From assembly GCA_001782165.1 (NCBI GenBank), contig MFNV01000009.1, positions 122,283 through 186,282 of the forward strand: a stretch of 64,000 bases of DNA, given 5' to 3'. Position numbers and translations under genes: made by a program. Origin of the DNA: Candidatus Levybacteria bacterium RIFCSPHIGHO2_01_FULL_41_15. Lineage in GTDB: Bacteria; Patescibacteriota; Microgenomatia; Levybacterales; UBA12049. A model generated the notes under the pieces. The model searched no databases, was not told where the DNA came from, and saw nothing but the letters and a program-made list of their open reading frames with translations. Positions 27,001-35,833 of the stretch are shown piece by piece. Every line of letters starts with the position of its first letter. The first letter of the stretch is position 1.

Positions 27001-27327
27001 CTAGATTCTGGCAGCGTAATTGAAGGCGTAAAAGTATTTTTTAAAAGAGCTATCAGTGGAAAGATATTGATTGTCTAAATACCAGTCAACAAGAACCTCT
27101 CGCATACGGCATAGTTCTTTGAGCCGCATGCGGTTTTTTGGGTCTTTTAGAGTTAGATCAATTAGCTCCAATGCCCGCTCGAATGCCAATTTTTGATATT
27201 GTTTATTACCTTTATTCTTCCAGATTATAGTCCGCTCAACTTCACTACCTATATTAGCCATTTGTTCTACGAGCCTCATATTAAACCAGTGTTTTTTGGA
27301 TAAATTTTTATGATAGATAAGATTCAT
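27001..27327 (-). CDS. small hypothetical protein (downstream member of an overlapping two-gene module)
   Basis: 108 aa, predicted helical. Its start overlaps the upstream 113-aa ORF by 4 nt (ATGA). Confidence 0.35.
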   Translation of the reverse strand: MNLIYHKNLSKKHWFNMRLVEQMANIGSEVERTIIWKNKGNKQYQKLAFERALELIDLTLKDPKNRMRLKELCRMREVLVDWYLDNQYLSTDSSFKKYFYAFNYAARI

Positions 27328-27665
27328 CTTTGAACTAACTTATTTATTATTTGAATTATTTTTTTTTGAATTTTCGGATCATCAACACCACGAGAGTAAT
27401 TGTCTTGTGATGGCTTAAGATTGATCATTGAATCAAATTCGATAAAATCATCGCCCTTTTTTTCTGGATAGAGATTAATACCCCATAAATCTTCCTGCTT
27501 AGATCCACGCTGCAATAAATATTGCTCTTCGTCGGCATGCAGTTCGGCGTTGATCACCATTATTTCTTTTTTAACATCAATAACTGCCTTGACCAAAATA
27601 CCAAACATTCTTTTGGCCATTCTTTTAATTTCTAGAATACTGATTTTTTTTTCAACAACTTTCAT
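27324..27665 (-). CDS. small hypothetical protein (upstream member of an overlapping two-gene module)
   Basis: 113 aa, translationally coupled to the 108-aa ORF. Architecture is toxin-antitoxin-like, but no family was recognised. Confidence 0.35.
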   Translation of the reverse strand: MKVVEKKISILEIKRMAKRMFGILVKAVIDVKKEIMVINAELHADEEQYLLQRGSKQEDLWGINLYPEKKGDDFIEFDSMINLKPSQDNYSRGVDDPKIQKKIIQIINKLVQR

Positions 27666-27892
27666 AAAACCATTCTAACATGCCAAAGATATTGCTTCAA
27701 TGATTTGATCCCGGGGATCATGGCAGAGGAGTATTATTTTCTGTTGGAGTTTAAGATTTTTTCTAGTCGATTTCTTATGTTTACCAACTGGCGGTGGGAG
27801 TGAGATTCACTTCGGCTCCGCTCAGTGTAAACTTCTCATCCCATTTACACTTCGCCAATCTCAGAACATAAAGTCCTGAGCTTGTCGAAGGG

Positions 27893-27979
27893 CGGTGGGA
27901 GTGAGATTCGAACTCACGGCGGCATTGCTGCCACAATGGTTTTCAAGACCATCCGGATAAACCACTCCCGCATCCCACC
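27893..27979 (-). tRNA. tRNA-Ser (anticodon TGA)
   Basis: Acceptor GGTGGGA/TCCCACC, anticodon stem-loop ATGGT-CTTGAAA-ACCAT, long variable arm, T-loop TTCGAAT. Confidence 0.8.
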
Positions 27980-27984
27980 AAATG

Positions 27985-28072
27985 CGGAGAGGGTGGGATT
28001 CGAACCCACGCGAGCCTTGCGGCTCAGGGGATTAGCAATCCCCCGCAATGGACCAAACTATGCGACCTCTCC
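27985..28072 (-). tRNA. tRNA-Ser (anticodon GCT)
   Basis: Acceptor GGAGAGG/CCTCTCC, anticodon stem-loop GGGGA-TTGCTAA-TCCCC, long variable arm, T-loop TTCGAAT. Confidence 0.8.
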
Positions 28073-28152
28073 AAAATCAGCCGTTAGCAATTAGCCACTA
28101 GCTGTTAGCAGTATTATACCATCAAAACTCTAATTTTTGCTACACTGATATT

Positions 28153-28848
28153 GTGGATTTCTTAGATATCTTTTTCCCAAAATATTGCGTAAATTGTAAA
28201 AAATTGGGCGATTATATTTGCTCTGACTGTTTTTCCTTTCTGTCTTTTGATGTGGAGAAGATTTGCGCTGTTTGTAACCTCCCTACTTTTAATAACCTGA
28301 CTCACCCAAGGTGCAGGAAAAGATATACGATTGACGGAGTTTTTTCAAGTATTTCCTATAAGGGGACAGCCAAAAAACTGATCTATAACTTCAAATATAA
28401 CCCCTATGTTTCGGATTTGGAAAAACTTTTGACGGACATTTTTTACGAAGGACTTATCCAAAAAGAGGAGTTTCACAAAGTTTTAAATTCTCAAAAAGTA
28501 GTTTTGGTGCCAATTCCGCTCTATCATTTAAGAGAAAGAAAAAGGGGATACAACCATGCTTCTATTTTAGCTGAGCAAATTTCAAAGAAATTAAATATCC
28601 CTGTTTGTAAAGTTTTAGAGCGCATAAAAAACACAAAAACACAAGTAAATTTAGACAAGGAGGAGAGGAAAAAAAATTTAAAAAATGCTTTTGTGATTGC
28701 CCCTGAGTTCAAAAATAAACTTAAAGGCAGAGAGGTTTTTCTAGTGGATGATGTATTTACCACTGGCTCAACCCTTTTGGAGGCGGCAAATACTTTAAAA
28801 AGAAGCGGAGTAAAAAAGGTCTTCGGTTTGACTTTAGCGAGGGGTTGA
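28153..28848 (+). CDS. comFC: ComF-family protein (double zinc-ribbon + phosphoribosyltransferase domain)
   Basis: 231 aa with an N-terminal CxxC...CxxC pair and C-terminal PRTase motif VFLVDDVFTTGSTL. Confidence 0.75.
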   Translation: MDFLDIFFPKYCVNCKKLGDYICSDCFSFLSFDVEKICAVCNLPTFNNLTHPRCRKRYTIDGVFSSISYKGTAKKLIYNFKYNPYVSDLEKLLTDIFYEGLIQKEEFHKVLNSQKVVLVPIPLYHLRERKRGYNHASILAEQISKKLNIPVCKVLERIKNTKTQVNLDKEERKKNLKNAFVIAPEFKNKLKGREVFLVDDVFTTGSTLLEAANTLKRSGVKKVFGLTLARG

Positions 28849-28866
28849 GATATAATACGCCTACTT

Positions 28867-29266
28867 GGGGATGCATTGCATCGACAGGAAAGCACATTAA
28901 AAACTGCAAGCCGACTTTGATGACAGTCGTCCCGCTGATAGTTTTCAGTCGGGATCCCGCCATCGGCGGTGATAAAACAGGGTCAAAAAATAAATGCTAA
29001 CGATCAAAAGTTAGCGTACGCATTTGCTTATAATTAAGTAATTTCGTACTGTTCATTAAATCTTTTCTCAACGAGATTTTATGGGCATAAATAAAGTTGA
29101 GATATAAATAAAAAGTTGGTTGGCTTTTTATCCGAAAATTTCAACCTTTGCTTTGTTTGTTTCCTTCCGATTTGGAGAAAATAAAGCGAGACTTAAAAAT
29201 CGGATAAGCTTGTAGATGTTTTTGGTTCGGCTTTCTTGGACTCGAGCTCACAGCTCGACATCTCCA
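28867..29266 (+). ncRNA. ssrA: tmRNA (transfer-messenger RNA)
   Basis: 5' GGGGAUG...AUCGACAGG tRNA-like start. 3' T-stem-loop TCGAG-CTCACAG-CTCGA, then CATCTCC-A, giving a G3-U70 wobble and A73 discriminator (tRNA-Ala identity). The internal AAAAAAUAAAU-GCU AAC GAU... block parallels E. coli AAAAAAUAGUC-GCA AAC GAC. Predicted tag reading frame 28996-29037 encodes (A)NDQKLAYAFAYN*. The element sits in a 490-bp ORF-free gap 1.0 kb from smpB. Confidence 0.65.
28931..28978 (+). repeat. 48-nt double-hairpin element, copy A (inside the tmRNA pseudoknot-1 region)
   Basis: gtcccgctgatagttttcagtcgggatcccgccatcggcggtgat has two stem-loops. A second copy lies at 53656-53703 with compensatory changes. 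Confidence 0.5.
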
Positions 29267-29341
29267 CACTACGCCCACGATTTCATAGGGGCTCCGCGTG
29301 GTAAACCACACTTTAATCTTTTGTTCCCATTCTTTTAATGC

Positions 29342-29626
29342 ATGCGAAGTGTGTGCCGCGAAACTTCAGTGAAGTGGTACAATTTATCTGTGTATTACGT
29401 TTACATTCTAAGACTCAACGACAGATCATATTATCATGGTTACTCTACGGATCTTAAAAAAAGACTAAAGTACCACAGACAAGGGTTAATTCCATCAACA
29501 AAGAACTTCCGTCCAGTAAAACTAATTTTTTATTCTGCTTTTGAATCAAAAACTAAAGCTCTTGAGTTTGAAAAATACTTAAAATCCAGCTCGGGTTTTG
29601 CTTTTCGAAACAAACATCTAATTTAA
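29342..29626 (+). CDS. GIY-YIG nuclease-domain protein (YhbQ/UPF0213-like)
   Basis: 94 aa; YYVYILRLNDRSYYHGYSTDLKKRLKYHRQG...TKNFRPVKLIFYSAFESKTKALEFEKYLKSSSG. Confidence 0.7.
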   Translation: MRSVCRETSVKWYNLSVYYVYILRLNDRSYYHGYSTDLKKRLKYHRQGLIPSTKNFRPVKLIFYSAFESKTKALEFEKYLKSSSGFAFRNKHLI

Positions 29627-29696
29627 ATATTTCATCATATCCACAAATTAACCTATAATAATTGCTTTTAACTTCTATTTTTGATACAATTCCGCA

Positions 29697-30251
29697 ATGG
29701 TAACAACTGAGCTCCAAAGAAAGTTGCATGCGAACGACTATCCTCATGCTGAAGAATTGAGGGGAAGATTGGTCCCAGTTTATCACATAACTGACAAGGA
29801 CGCCTTACCTTCCATAATGCAAACTGGATTATCTGCCTCTAGAGACAAGAGCAGAAGCGCAAAAATGTATAAGGAAGAGAGAAGAATAGTCGATGGGATA
29901 ATTGATAGGTTCGTTTTTAAACTTTGGCCGGGATTCTCAAGAACCGATGCTATTTACGCTGATCTTGAACCAGCAATCCGCATTGTGCCTTTTAGATGGC
30001 AAACAACAAATTTAGAAGTGATGGTTGACCCCAGTAAAGTTTTGGTTGTTGATCAATGGTATTATGATGAGACAAGAGGAGCTCTTCAACGGCATAAATT
30101 AAGGGAAGTAGTTTGGAATGCAAGGCAATACTGGAAGACAGCAGTAACGCTTCAAGAATATAGAGCTCGGGGTGGGGGATTATTTGCTATACCAGAAGTT
30201 ATTATACCCAACCCGGTTGGCATAGGAAGACTAAGAGTATTAAATGATTGA
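29697..30251 (+). CDS. hypothetical protein with ADP-ribosyltransferase-fold-like N-terminus (DarT/DUF4433-like or Tpt1-like), orphan
   Basis: 184 aa. VPVYHITDKDALPSIMQTGLSAS ... ERR ... IDRFVFKLWPGFSR resembles the YHITH..NL.SIL..G.L / ...VPFYFCP blocks of DarT-type ARTs. No DarG/macrodomain partner is nearby. This is a memory-based motif match only. Confidence 0.3.
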   Translation: MVTTELQRKLHANDYPHAEELRGRLVPVYHITDKDALPSIMQTGLSASRDKSRSAKMYKEERRIVDGIIDRFVFKLWPGFSRTDAIYADLEPAIRIVPFRWQTTNLEVMVDPSKVLVVDQWYYDETRGALQRHKLREVVWNARQYWKTAVTLQEYRARGGGLFAIPEVIIPNPVGIGRLRVLND

Positions 30252-30257
30252 AGAAGA

Positions 30258-30689
30258 TTAGGCTAACTCCCGCTCGACATCGCGCTCTATATCCTTCTTC
30301 TTCTTTGCTTCTTTTTTCTCAAATTCTTTCTTTCCTTTTCCCAAACCAAGCGCTACTTTTATAAAATTTTTGGTTGTGTAAATCGAAAGAGGGATAATGG
30401 ATAGATTGGAACCTTCAGTTCTGCCTTTTAGAGCTATTATCTCTTTTTTGTGAAGAAGTAGTTTTCTTGTTCTTCTTTCATCATACCCCTCCGGTCTTGC
30501 GTATTGATAGGGGAAAATTTTCGCATTTATTAAATACGCCTCGCTTCCAATTATTTTAACAAAACTTCCTTTTAAATCTGCCATCCCAAGTCTTACAGCT
30601 TTTACTTCTGCGCCTATCAGATTTATACCGGCCTCAACTTTTTCAAGAACTTGATAATCAAAAAATGCTTTTTTATTTACTATTTTCAT
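30258..30689 (-). CDS. smpB: SsrA-binding protein SmpB
   Basis: 143 aa; KKAFFDYQVLEKVEAGINLIGAEVKAVRLG... and a basic C-terminal tail. Confidence 0.9.
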   Translation of the reverse strand: MKIVNKKAFFDYQVLEKVEAGINLIGAEVKAVRLGMADLKGSFVKIIGSEAYLINAKIFPYQYARPEGYDERRTRKLLLHKKEIIALKGRTEGSNLSIIPLSIYTTKNFIKVALGLGKGKKEFEKKEAKKKKDIERDVERELA

Positions 30690-30763
30690 CCTTCGGCGAG
30701 CTCAGGACAAGTTACTTCGCTTTGCTCAGTTCAATAATAGAGGATAAGAAAGTAAAAGTAAAT

Positions 30764-32500
30764 TTACTTTAAATCTATTTGGTAGATTTTATTGCCAGAT
30801 AATATATAGATTTTTTTGCCAGCTTCTTTTACTTCAAAATCTTTTGCATTTTTTAAGAGATTTGTTTGATATTGCGACTTGTAGCCGCCGTTTTTATCAG
30901 ACACTACAATCCGCAAGTTTCCGTTATCAAGTATATAAACATTATCAGAATCAGCATCTGTAAAAATTCTTGAAGGATTTGAGAGGGGCTTATCGAGTCC
31001 TGAAATATTCAGGTTGTCTGATTTGCCCTTCGTGTATTTACTTATTGATCCATCAGAAGAAAGAATCCAAATCGAGCCGTCAATTGCAATACTTTGAGCT
31101 TTCGAAAGATTAGGAGATGAATCTTTTGGGAAATAATTAGTTTTGGAATATTCCTCCTCAGATTCAACGAACTTATAAATTTGACCACTATCTTTATCAA
31201 GAATATAGAAATTCCCAAAATATACACCAAAGCCCCCAATATTTTTGGGAAGCTCTGAGATTTTTATTAATATTTCCTGGTTTTCTCCATTAAGATCTTC
31301 CGAAACTACCCCATCTTTTTTAAGAAAATAAATTTTCTCGTCACTCTTTACAAAGTAAGAAGAGCTGGGGTTTTTAAGCTCTGAGGAGAGCAGGGGACTT
31401 GAGGATTCATTTACTTCTTTGGCCTCTGCTGATTCTATTCCCGATGCTTGCAAAAGTGCCTTAGAGGTTTTATCAAAAAGAGAAAGAATTTGTTTTTCCT
31501 CTTTTGAGTCTTTTGGAAATTTTGATTTATTTTCATTTAAAGTATTGTAAGCCTCCTTGAAGCTGTCTCTTGCAAGATTTTTGTTAAGAGATAAAAGACT
31601 TTGTCCTTCATCATATTTCTTAGAAGCGTTTGGATAGACGCTTTCAAAAAGAGCTCGTACTTTGGCATCGTTTCTGCTTTTAATAGAAAGATAAATTGTT
31701 GATATTAAAACTAGGGCAACAACAATTGTTATAGTCAAAAATAACCTTCTTGTATGGGGAATTTTCCTGAAGCTTGATATATTAATCCTGCTTCTGATAG
31801 ACGCCAGAAAGTTTTTAAGATTAATTGAAAATCTCTTTTGGGAAGATAAAGAGGTGCCATCCGTTATTTTTTCCAAGATCAAGGGCTCCTCTTCAGCAAA
31901 TTTAAGCTCAAAAATTATTGCAGAAGCACCTCCTTGTCCTTCCTCCCCATGGATAATAGGAGCAATAGTTTCAGCAATATCGGAGGCAGATTGGTGGTCC
32001 AAAGATGAAATAAGAATTTTTGAGGAAACAAGATCCTTAAATCCTCGTGTCTGAAGTATCAATAAATCTTCGTTTTTTATCATTCCCGATATCGCAGAAA
32101 TTTTGCCTTCCTCGTCTTCTTCAAGAAGTGTTCCCAATTCATCTGCTCTTTTGATATTTACTCGGCAGGGACCTTGGGAAAAAATATAAATTACATTTTT
32201 GACAATGGAGGCAACTACAAATGAGATAGATAGATCCTCTGGGATTTTCTTAGTTGTCGCTTCGAAGGCAGTTTTTATAGAAGGGAGATCCTTTGTTTCA
32301 AGAGTAAAAAATTCCTGTTCAAGACCCTCAATTATTTCTTTACCCTGCGTACTTAAATAATCCTCTCTTTTTTCTTCGGGAGATTTTTTTTCAAGAGACA
32401 AAACTGCAAATAGTTTGCCTGCATTGTAGGCCTGCGACCAGGAGGACGCGGTTGGGTTGGCAACGACCTTTGCAACAGAGATACTTATCTCATCGGCCAT
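30764..32500 (-). CDS. bitopic membrane protein: cytoplasmic N-terminal domain, one TM, extracellular repeat-rich domain; unknown function
   Basis: 578 aa with TM at LFLTITIVVALVLISTIYL. The ectodomain has repeated YIL/WIL beta-strand-like units (possibly a propeller). The N-domain vaguely resembles a degenerate PP2C-like fold. Confidence 0.35.
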   Translation of the reverse strand: MADEISISVAKVVANPTASSWSQAYNAGKLFAVLSLEKKSPEEKREDYLSTQGKEIIEGLEQEFFTLETKDLPSIKTAFEATTKKIPEDLSISFVVASIVKNVIYIFSQGPCRVNIKRADELGTLLEEDEEGKISAISGMIKNEDLLILQTRGFKDLVSSKILISSLDHQSASDIAETIAPIIHGEEGQGGASAIIFELKFAEEEPLILEKITDGTSLSSQKRFSINLKNFLASIRSRINISSFRKIPHTRRLFLTITIVVALVLISTIYLSIKSRNDAKVRALFESVYPNASKKYDEGQSLLSLNKNLARDSFKEAYNTLNENKSKFPKDSKEEKQILSLFDKTSKALLQASGIESAEAKEVNESSSPLLSSELKNPSSSYFVKSDEKIYFLKKDGVVSEDLNGENQEILIKISELPKNIGGFGVYFGNFYILDKDSGQIYKFVESEEEYSKTNYFPKDSSPNLSKAQSIAIDGSIWILSSDGSISKYTKGKSDNLNISGLDKPLSNPSRIFTDADSDNVYILDNGNLRIVVSDKNGGYKSQYQTNLLKNAKDFEVKEAGKKIYILSGNKIYQIDLK

Positions 32501-32503
32501 AAT

Positions 32504-32728
32504 TTATAGTATAACAACTGCTGCAATAAAAAGCGAAATCGCCAAAAGAAGATTGATAACTGTAACGCCTGTCAATACTTGCGAGGAGGGAGGAATGTGA
32601 ATTATTTTATTCATTGTTATTGTTTGAATTAATATAACAACCGTAAAGATAATATAACCGAAAATAAGAATAAGACCTGAAATCTTTATGAAAAAGGCAA
32701 GATTTGGAAGTTGAACAATGTTATCCAC
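32504..32728 (-). CDS. small two-TM membrane protein
   Basis: 74 aa with two hydrophobic helices. Confidence 0.3.
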   Translation of the reverse strand: MDNIVQLPNLAFFIKISGLILIFGYIIFTVVILIQTITMNKIIHIPPSSQVLTGVTVINLLLAISLFIAAVVIL

Positions 32729-33356
32729 TTGTGCCCCCTTTTCCTATACTCTCGCCAATGATTCTTGCGGCTTCTGCGGGATTAGGCACGGCCAATGCCT
32801 CAAGATTCTCTTTTCCTCCTGCCGTTTGAACGAAGAGATCGCCGTAGTTTAAAAGCGATCTTATGAAACCTACTTTGGTATAATTTACGTCCTCGATTAA
32901 ATTCAAATTTGTCATTGCTACATCGTGATAAACAATGTTTGAATAATCAATGTCAACAACCCCCCTATCAGTAATAAGAGTTATATTATAAAACCAGTCC
33001 ATAAAACTGATTAATATATAGGAGAGAATAATAAGATAATAAAAAAGGGCTGAAAAAAATAGAAGTCCATTGGGCAAAAATGGGAAAAGATTGGCAAAAT
33101 CGTTTGAGACAGATATAAAGATAGGAAAGGCAATAATGAGAACTGCAGATATTAATAACCAACTTAAATTGGTTATGAAATGCCGTCTTAAGAGAAGAAT
33201 TATCTTTTCATCCTGTTTCTGATGCTGAAAAGTTATTTTTTCTGGGTCCCTTGTGAATCTCAAATGTAGCCGATTAATCTTCCTTATTCCATCGGACTTT
33301 TTATCTATATGTGTCTGCGTTTTGACTTTGCTATTTGCAATAAAAATGTCAGGCAT
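32721..33356 (-). CDS. membrane-flanked bacterial PH-domain protein (YdbS/YdbT-like, bPH_2)
   Basis: 211 aa with two TMs then ITDRGVVDIDYSNIVYHD...DLFVQTAGG...EALAVPNPAEAARIIGE. Confidence 0.5.
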   Translation of the reverse strand: MPDIFIANSKVKTQTHIDKKSDGIRKINRLHLRFTRDPEKITFQHQKQDEKIILLLRRHFITNLSWLLISAVLIIAFPIFISVSNDFANLFPFLPNGLLFFSALFYYLIILSYILISFMDWFYNITLITDRGVVDIDYSNIVYHDVAMTNLNLIEDVNYTKVGFIRSLLNYGDLFVQTAGGKENLEALAVPNPAEAARIIGESIGKGGTSG

Positions 33357-33408
33357 GATAATAAATTAAAAATTAAAAGTGAAAATTTAAAAATTTACGA
33401 AACTTAGA

Positions 33409-35136
33409 TTAGTTCCGCTCTACATTATATAACGGACCGACAATTTGGATATTTGCAGGAGCTCTCAAATTGAACCAGTCTTTAAATTCTGCTCCTTGGA
33501 AGGTAACTGTCCCGGCATCCCCGGACAGATTTATTGATGTTGTTCTTCCTGACCCAAAGTCTGCTCCAATAGAAACGCTTGATATCCTGCCATAAGGAGT
33601 TATATTTCTTGATTGAAGCTCACTTTTTACACGATCCTCATTCCAAATTTCTCCTCCATAAGGATGAGGCTTGTCTGTCTGGTAAAGTTTTTCCTTTGTC
33701 GAAGAATCTGCCCGCGCTAAAAGAATTATGTTTACAATATCTGCAATTTCCTCCTCTTTTAGCCAAGCTGTTTTATTGTATTGTGTTCTTGATCCCCAAT
33801 CGCAATAGAACCACGGAGAATCACGATCATATGCGCTTCCATTAAGATCGCTAAAGCTTCCTGCATTTCCCGTTGTTGTGTCGGTTGCATGTTTTGTCCA
33901 GGAAGTTTCGGACCATCCGGGTAGTTCACTTGTTGCTAAGATATATCCTCCATGAGTCGATGAATACCATGCCTTAATTGGTGATCCGCCTTGAATCATA
34001 ACCCAACCTCTTGTATCATTTACAGCCTGTTCCCAAGCTCCTCCTTTAGGATCGGGTTTAAAGACCTGACATTTTTCGGTTGTACAAATAGAATTCGCGC
34101 CGTTATTGGTATACGAAAGTGCATACGATCTTGCAGCTATTGCTTGAGCCTTTAAGGCTTCTGGGTGGAAACTATTGGGCATCTCATAAATCCTTTTAAC
34201 GTAGTCTTCAATGTTATACCCGCCATAACCCTCAACGTTTATTGTAATTGCGGTATCATAATCTTTTTTAAGTTCATAATTTGTATAGTAAGCTAATAAA
34301 ATCTGTTCCGCATTCTGTGCTGCGTTTGCTCTTCCATTTGCCCCATACTGGTTGAGTCCAGTTCTGTTTGGGACTCCGTAGGTAAAAAAGGCAAACCTTG
34401 GCCCAAAACCCGGATCTTTACCTCTGTCATCAACGCAGGCTGGCGCTCCGGTTCCTGCAGATCTTGGAATTCCTAAGGCAGAAAGTCTTTGGCCTAAAAT
34501 TTCCTGTTGTCTTTGGGAAAGCTGGGCTATCTGGCTTGATAGACTTGCCTGATAAGACTTTGCTCCTTTGACGACTTGGTCAAGTTTTTCAGATTGAAGG
34601 TCAAGGTCTGCCTTTAGCATTGCTAGCTGTTTTTTCTCCTTCTCAAGATTCTTCTTTTTTGTCTCAAGGTCATTAATAGATAAAGCAATGTTTGTAATAA
34701 TAGCCTTATCTTGATCTGTTGCCGCTTTCTGATATGCAAGAATCTGGGTAATATCAGAGACAGAGGAAGAGGAAAGAAAAACCAAAAAAGGAGTATTATA
34801 ATAAGATTTAATATAGAAATCCCTAATCGTCTGGTTTAAAATTTTCTCTTGTTTTTCAAGATTTTTATACCCCTCATTTATACTTTTTTCTTTATTTTCG
34901 ATGTCATTTTCAATAATGGTCAGTCTAGTTTTGATCCCGAGAACCTGGTTCTGAAGATTTGTAAGCTGTGATTCAAGAGGCTGTGTAGCTTTGATTGAGT
35001 CGTTGAGGGCAGAAGTTAAGTCCTGAATTTGACGGGTAATATCGGAAAGCTCATCAGATAATGTTTTGGGAGCAAAAACAAAAAAAACCCCAAATAGCAA
35101 ATAAAAAATGAGAAAACAAGAGAGGATCTTTTTCAT
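33409..35136 (-). CDS. SpoIID/LytB-domain protein with N-terminal coiled coil
   Basis: 575 aa with a signal/TM and a ~230-aa coiled coil. The C-terminal PEALKAQAIAARSYALSYTNNG...CTTEKCQVFK is the SpoIID/LytB signature. Confidence 0.65.
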   Translation of the reverse strand: MKKILSCFLIFYLLFGVFFVFAPKTLSDELSDITRQIQDLTSALNDSIKATQPLESQLTNLQNQVLGIKTRLTIIENDIENKEKSINEGYKNLEKQEKILNQTIRDFYIKSYYNTPFLVFLSSSSVSDITQILAYQKAATDQDKAIITNIALSINDLETKKKNLEKEKKQLAMLKADLDLQSEKLDQVVKGAKSYQASLSSQIAQLSQRQQEILGQRLSALGIPRSAGTGAPACVDDRGKDPGFGPRFAFFTYGVPNRTGLNQYGANGRANAAQNAEQILLAYYTNYELKKDYDTAITINVEGYGGYNIEDYVKRIYEMPNSFHPEALKAQAIAARSYALSYTNNGANSICTTEKCQVFKPDPKGGAWEQAVNDTRGWVMIQGGSPIKAWYSSTHGGYILATSELPGWSETSWTKHATDTTTGNAGSFSDLNGSAYDRDSPWFYCDWGSRTQYNKTAWLKEEEIADIVNIILLARADSSTKEKLYQTDKPHPYGGEIWNEDRVKSELQSRNITPYGRISSVSIGADFGSGRTTSINLSGDAGTVTFQGAEFKDWFNLRAPANIQIVGPLYNVERN

Positions 35137-35182
35137 GCAATTGTTATTATATCAAATTGAACCTTGCTAAATTGAAACTTAT

Positions 35183-35788
35183 GTGATAATATTCGGCTTA
35201 AGATTTATGGAAGAGAATCCATTTCCGACCCCAGCGATAAATAAATCTGCCCGAAACCCCAAAAGATTCCTGTTTTTGCTAGCCGGATTTGCTCTTCTTT
35301 TAATAATTATTTTTGCAGGGACAAGGCTTATTGGGGGAGATAAGGAAAAAAATATAGCTCCTACCCCCACCCCAACCGAGTTTTTAATCCCCACTGATAC
35401 TCCTGTCCCTTCGGAGGAGGAAGCGACTCCTACCCCAAAACCTAAGAGTACTTCCACTCCCACCCCGAAGGCTTCTGTATCACCAATCGATCCTGCAACA
35501 GGTCTTGATAGAAGCAAGTTATCTGTTGAGGTGCAAAATGGAAGCGGTGTGGAGGGAGTTGCGGGAAAAGCAGCGGATCTTCTGAAAAATTTAGGTTATA
35601 GTATAGCTTCTACGGGAAATGCGGATAATTTCGACTACTCAAATGCTACGATCCAAGTAAAAAGTTCGAAAGCATCGTATCTTCCTCTTCTTAAAACTGA
35701 TTTGAGTTCTGACTATAATATTGGAGCAAGTTCTTCTGATCTCTCTGCAACTTCCTCTGCCGACGCCCTGGTTATTATCGGCAAGTAA
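35183..35788 (+). CDS. LytR_C (cell-envelope-related attenuator C-terminal) domain membrane protein
   Basis: 201 aa with a TM, a Pro/Thr-rich linker, then LSVEVQNGSGVEGVAGKAADLLKNLGY...IQVK (LytR_C). The start is likely the Met at 35207. Confidence 0.55.
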   Translation: MIIFGLRFMEENPFPTPAINKSARNPKRFLFLLAGFALLLIIIFAGTRLIGGDKEKNIAPTPTPTEFLIPTDTPVPSEEEATPTPKPKSTSTPTPKASVSPIDPATGLDRSKLSVEVQNGSGVEGVAGKAADLLKNLGYSIASTGNADNFDYSNATIQVKSSKASYLPLLKTDLSSDYNIGASSSDLSATSSADALVIIGK

Positions 35789-35833
35789 TTGACCCCGATT
35801 GACCCTCTAGCCCCTTTCCTGTAGTATATTTTT

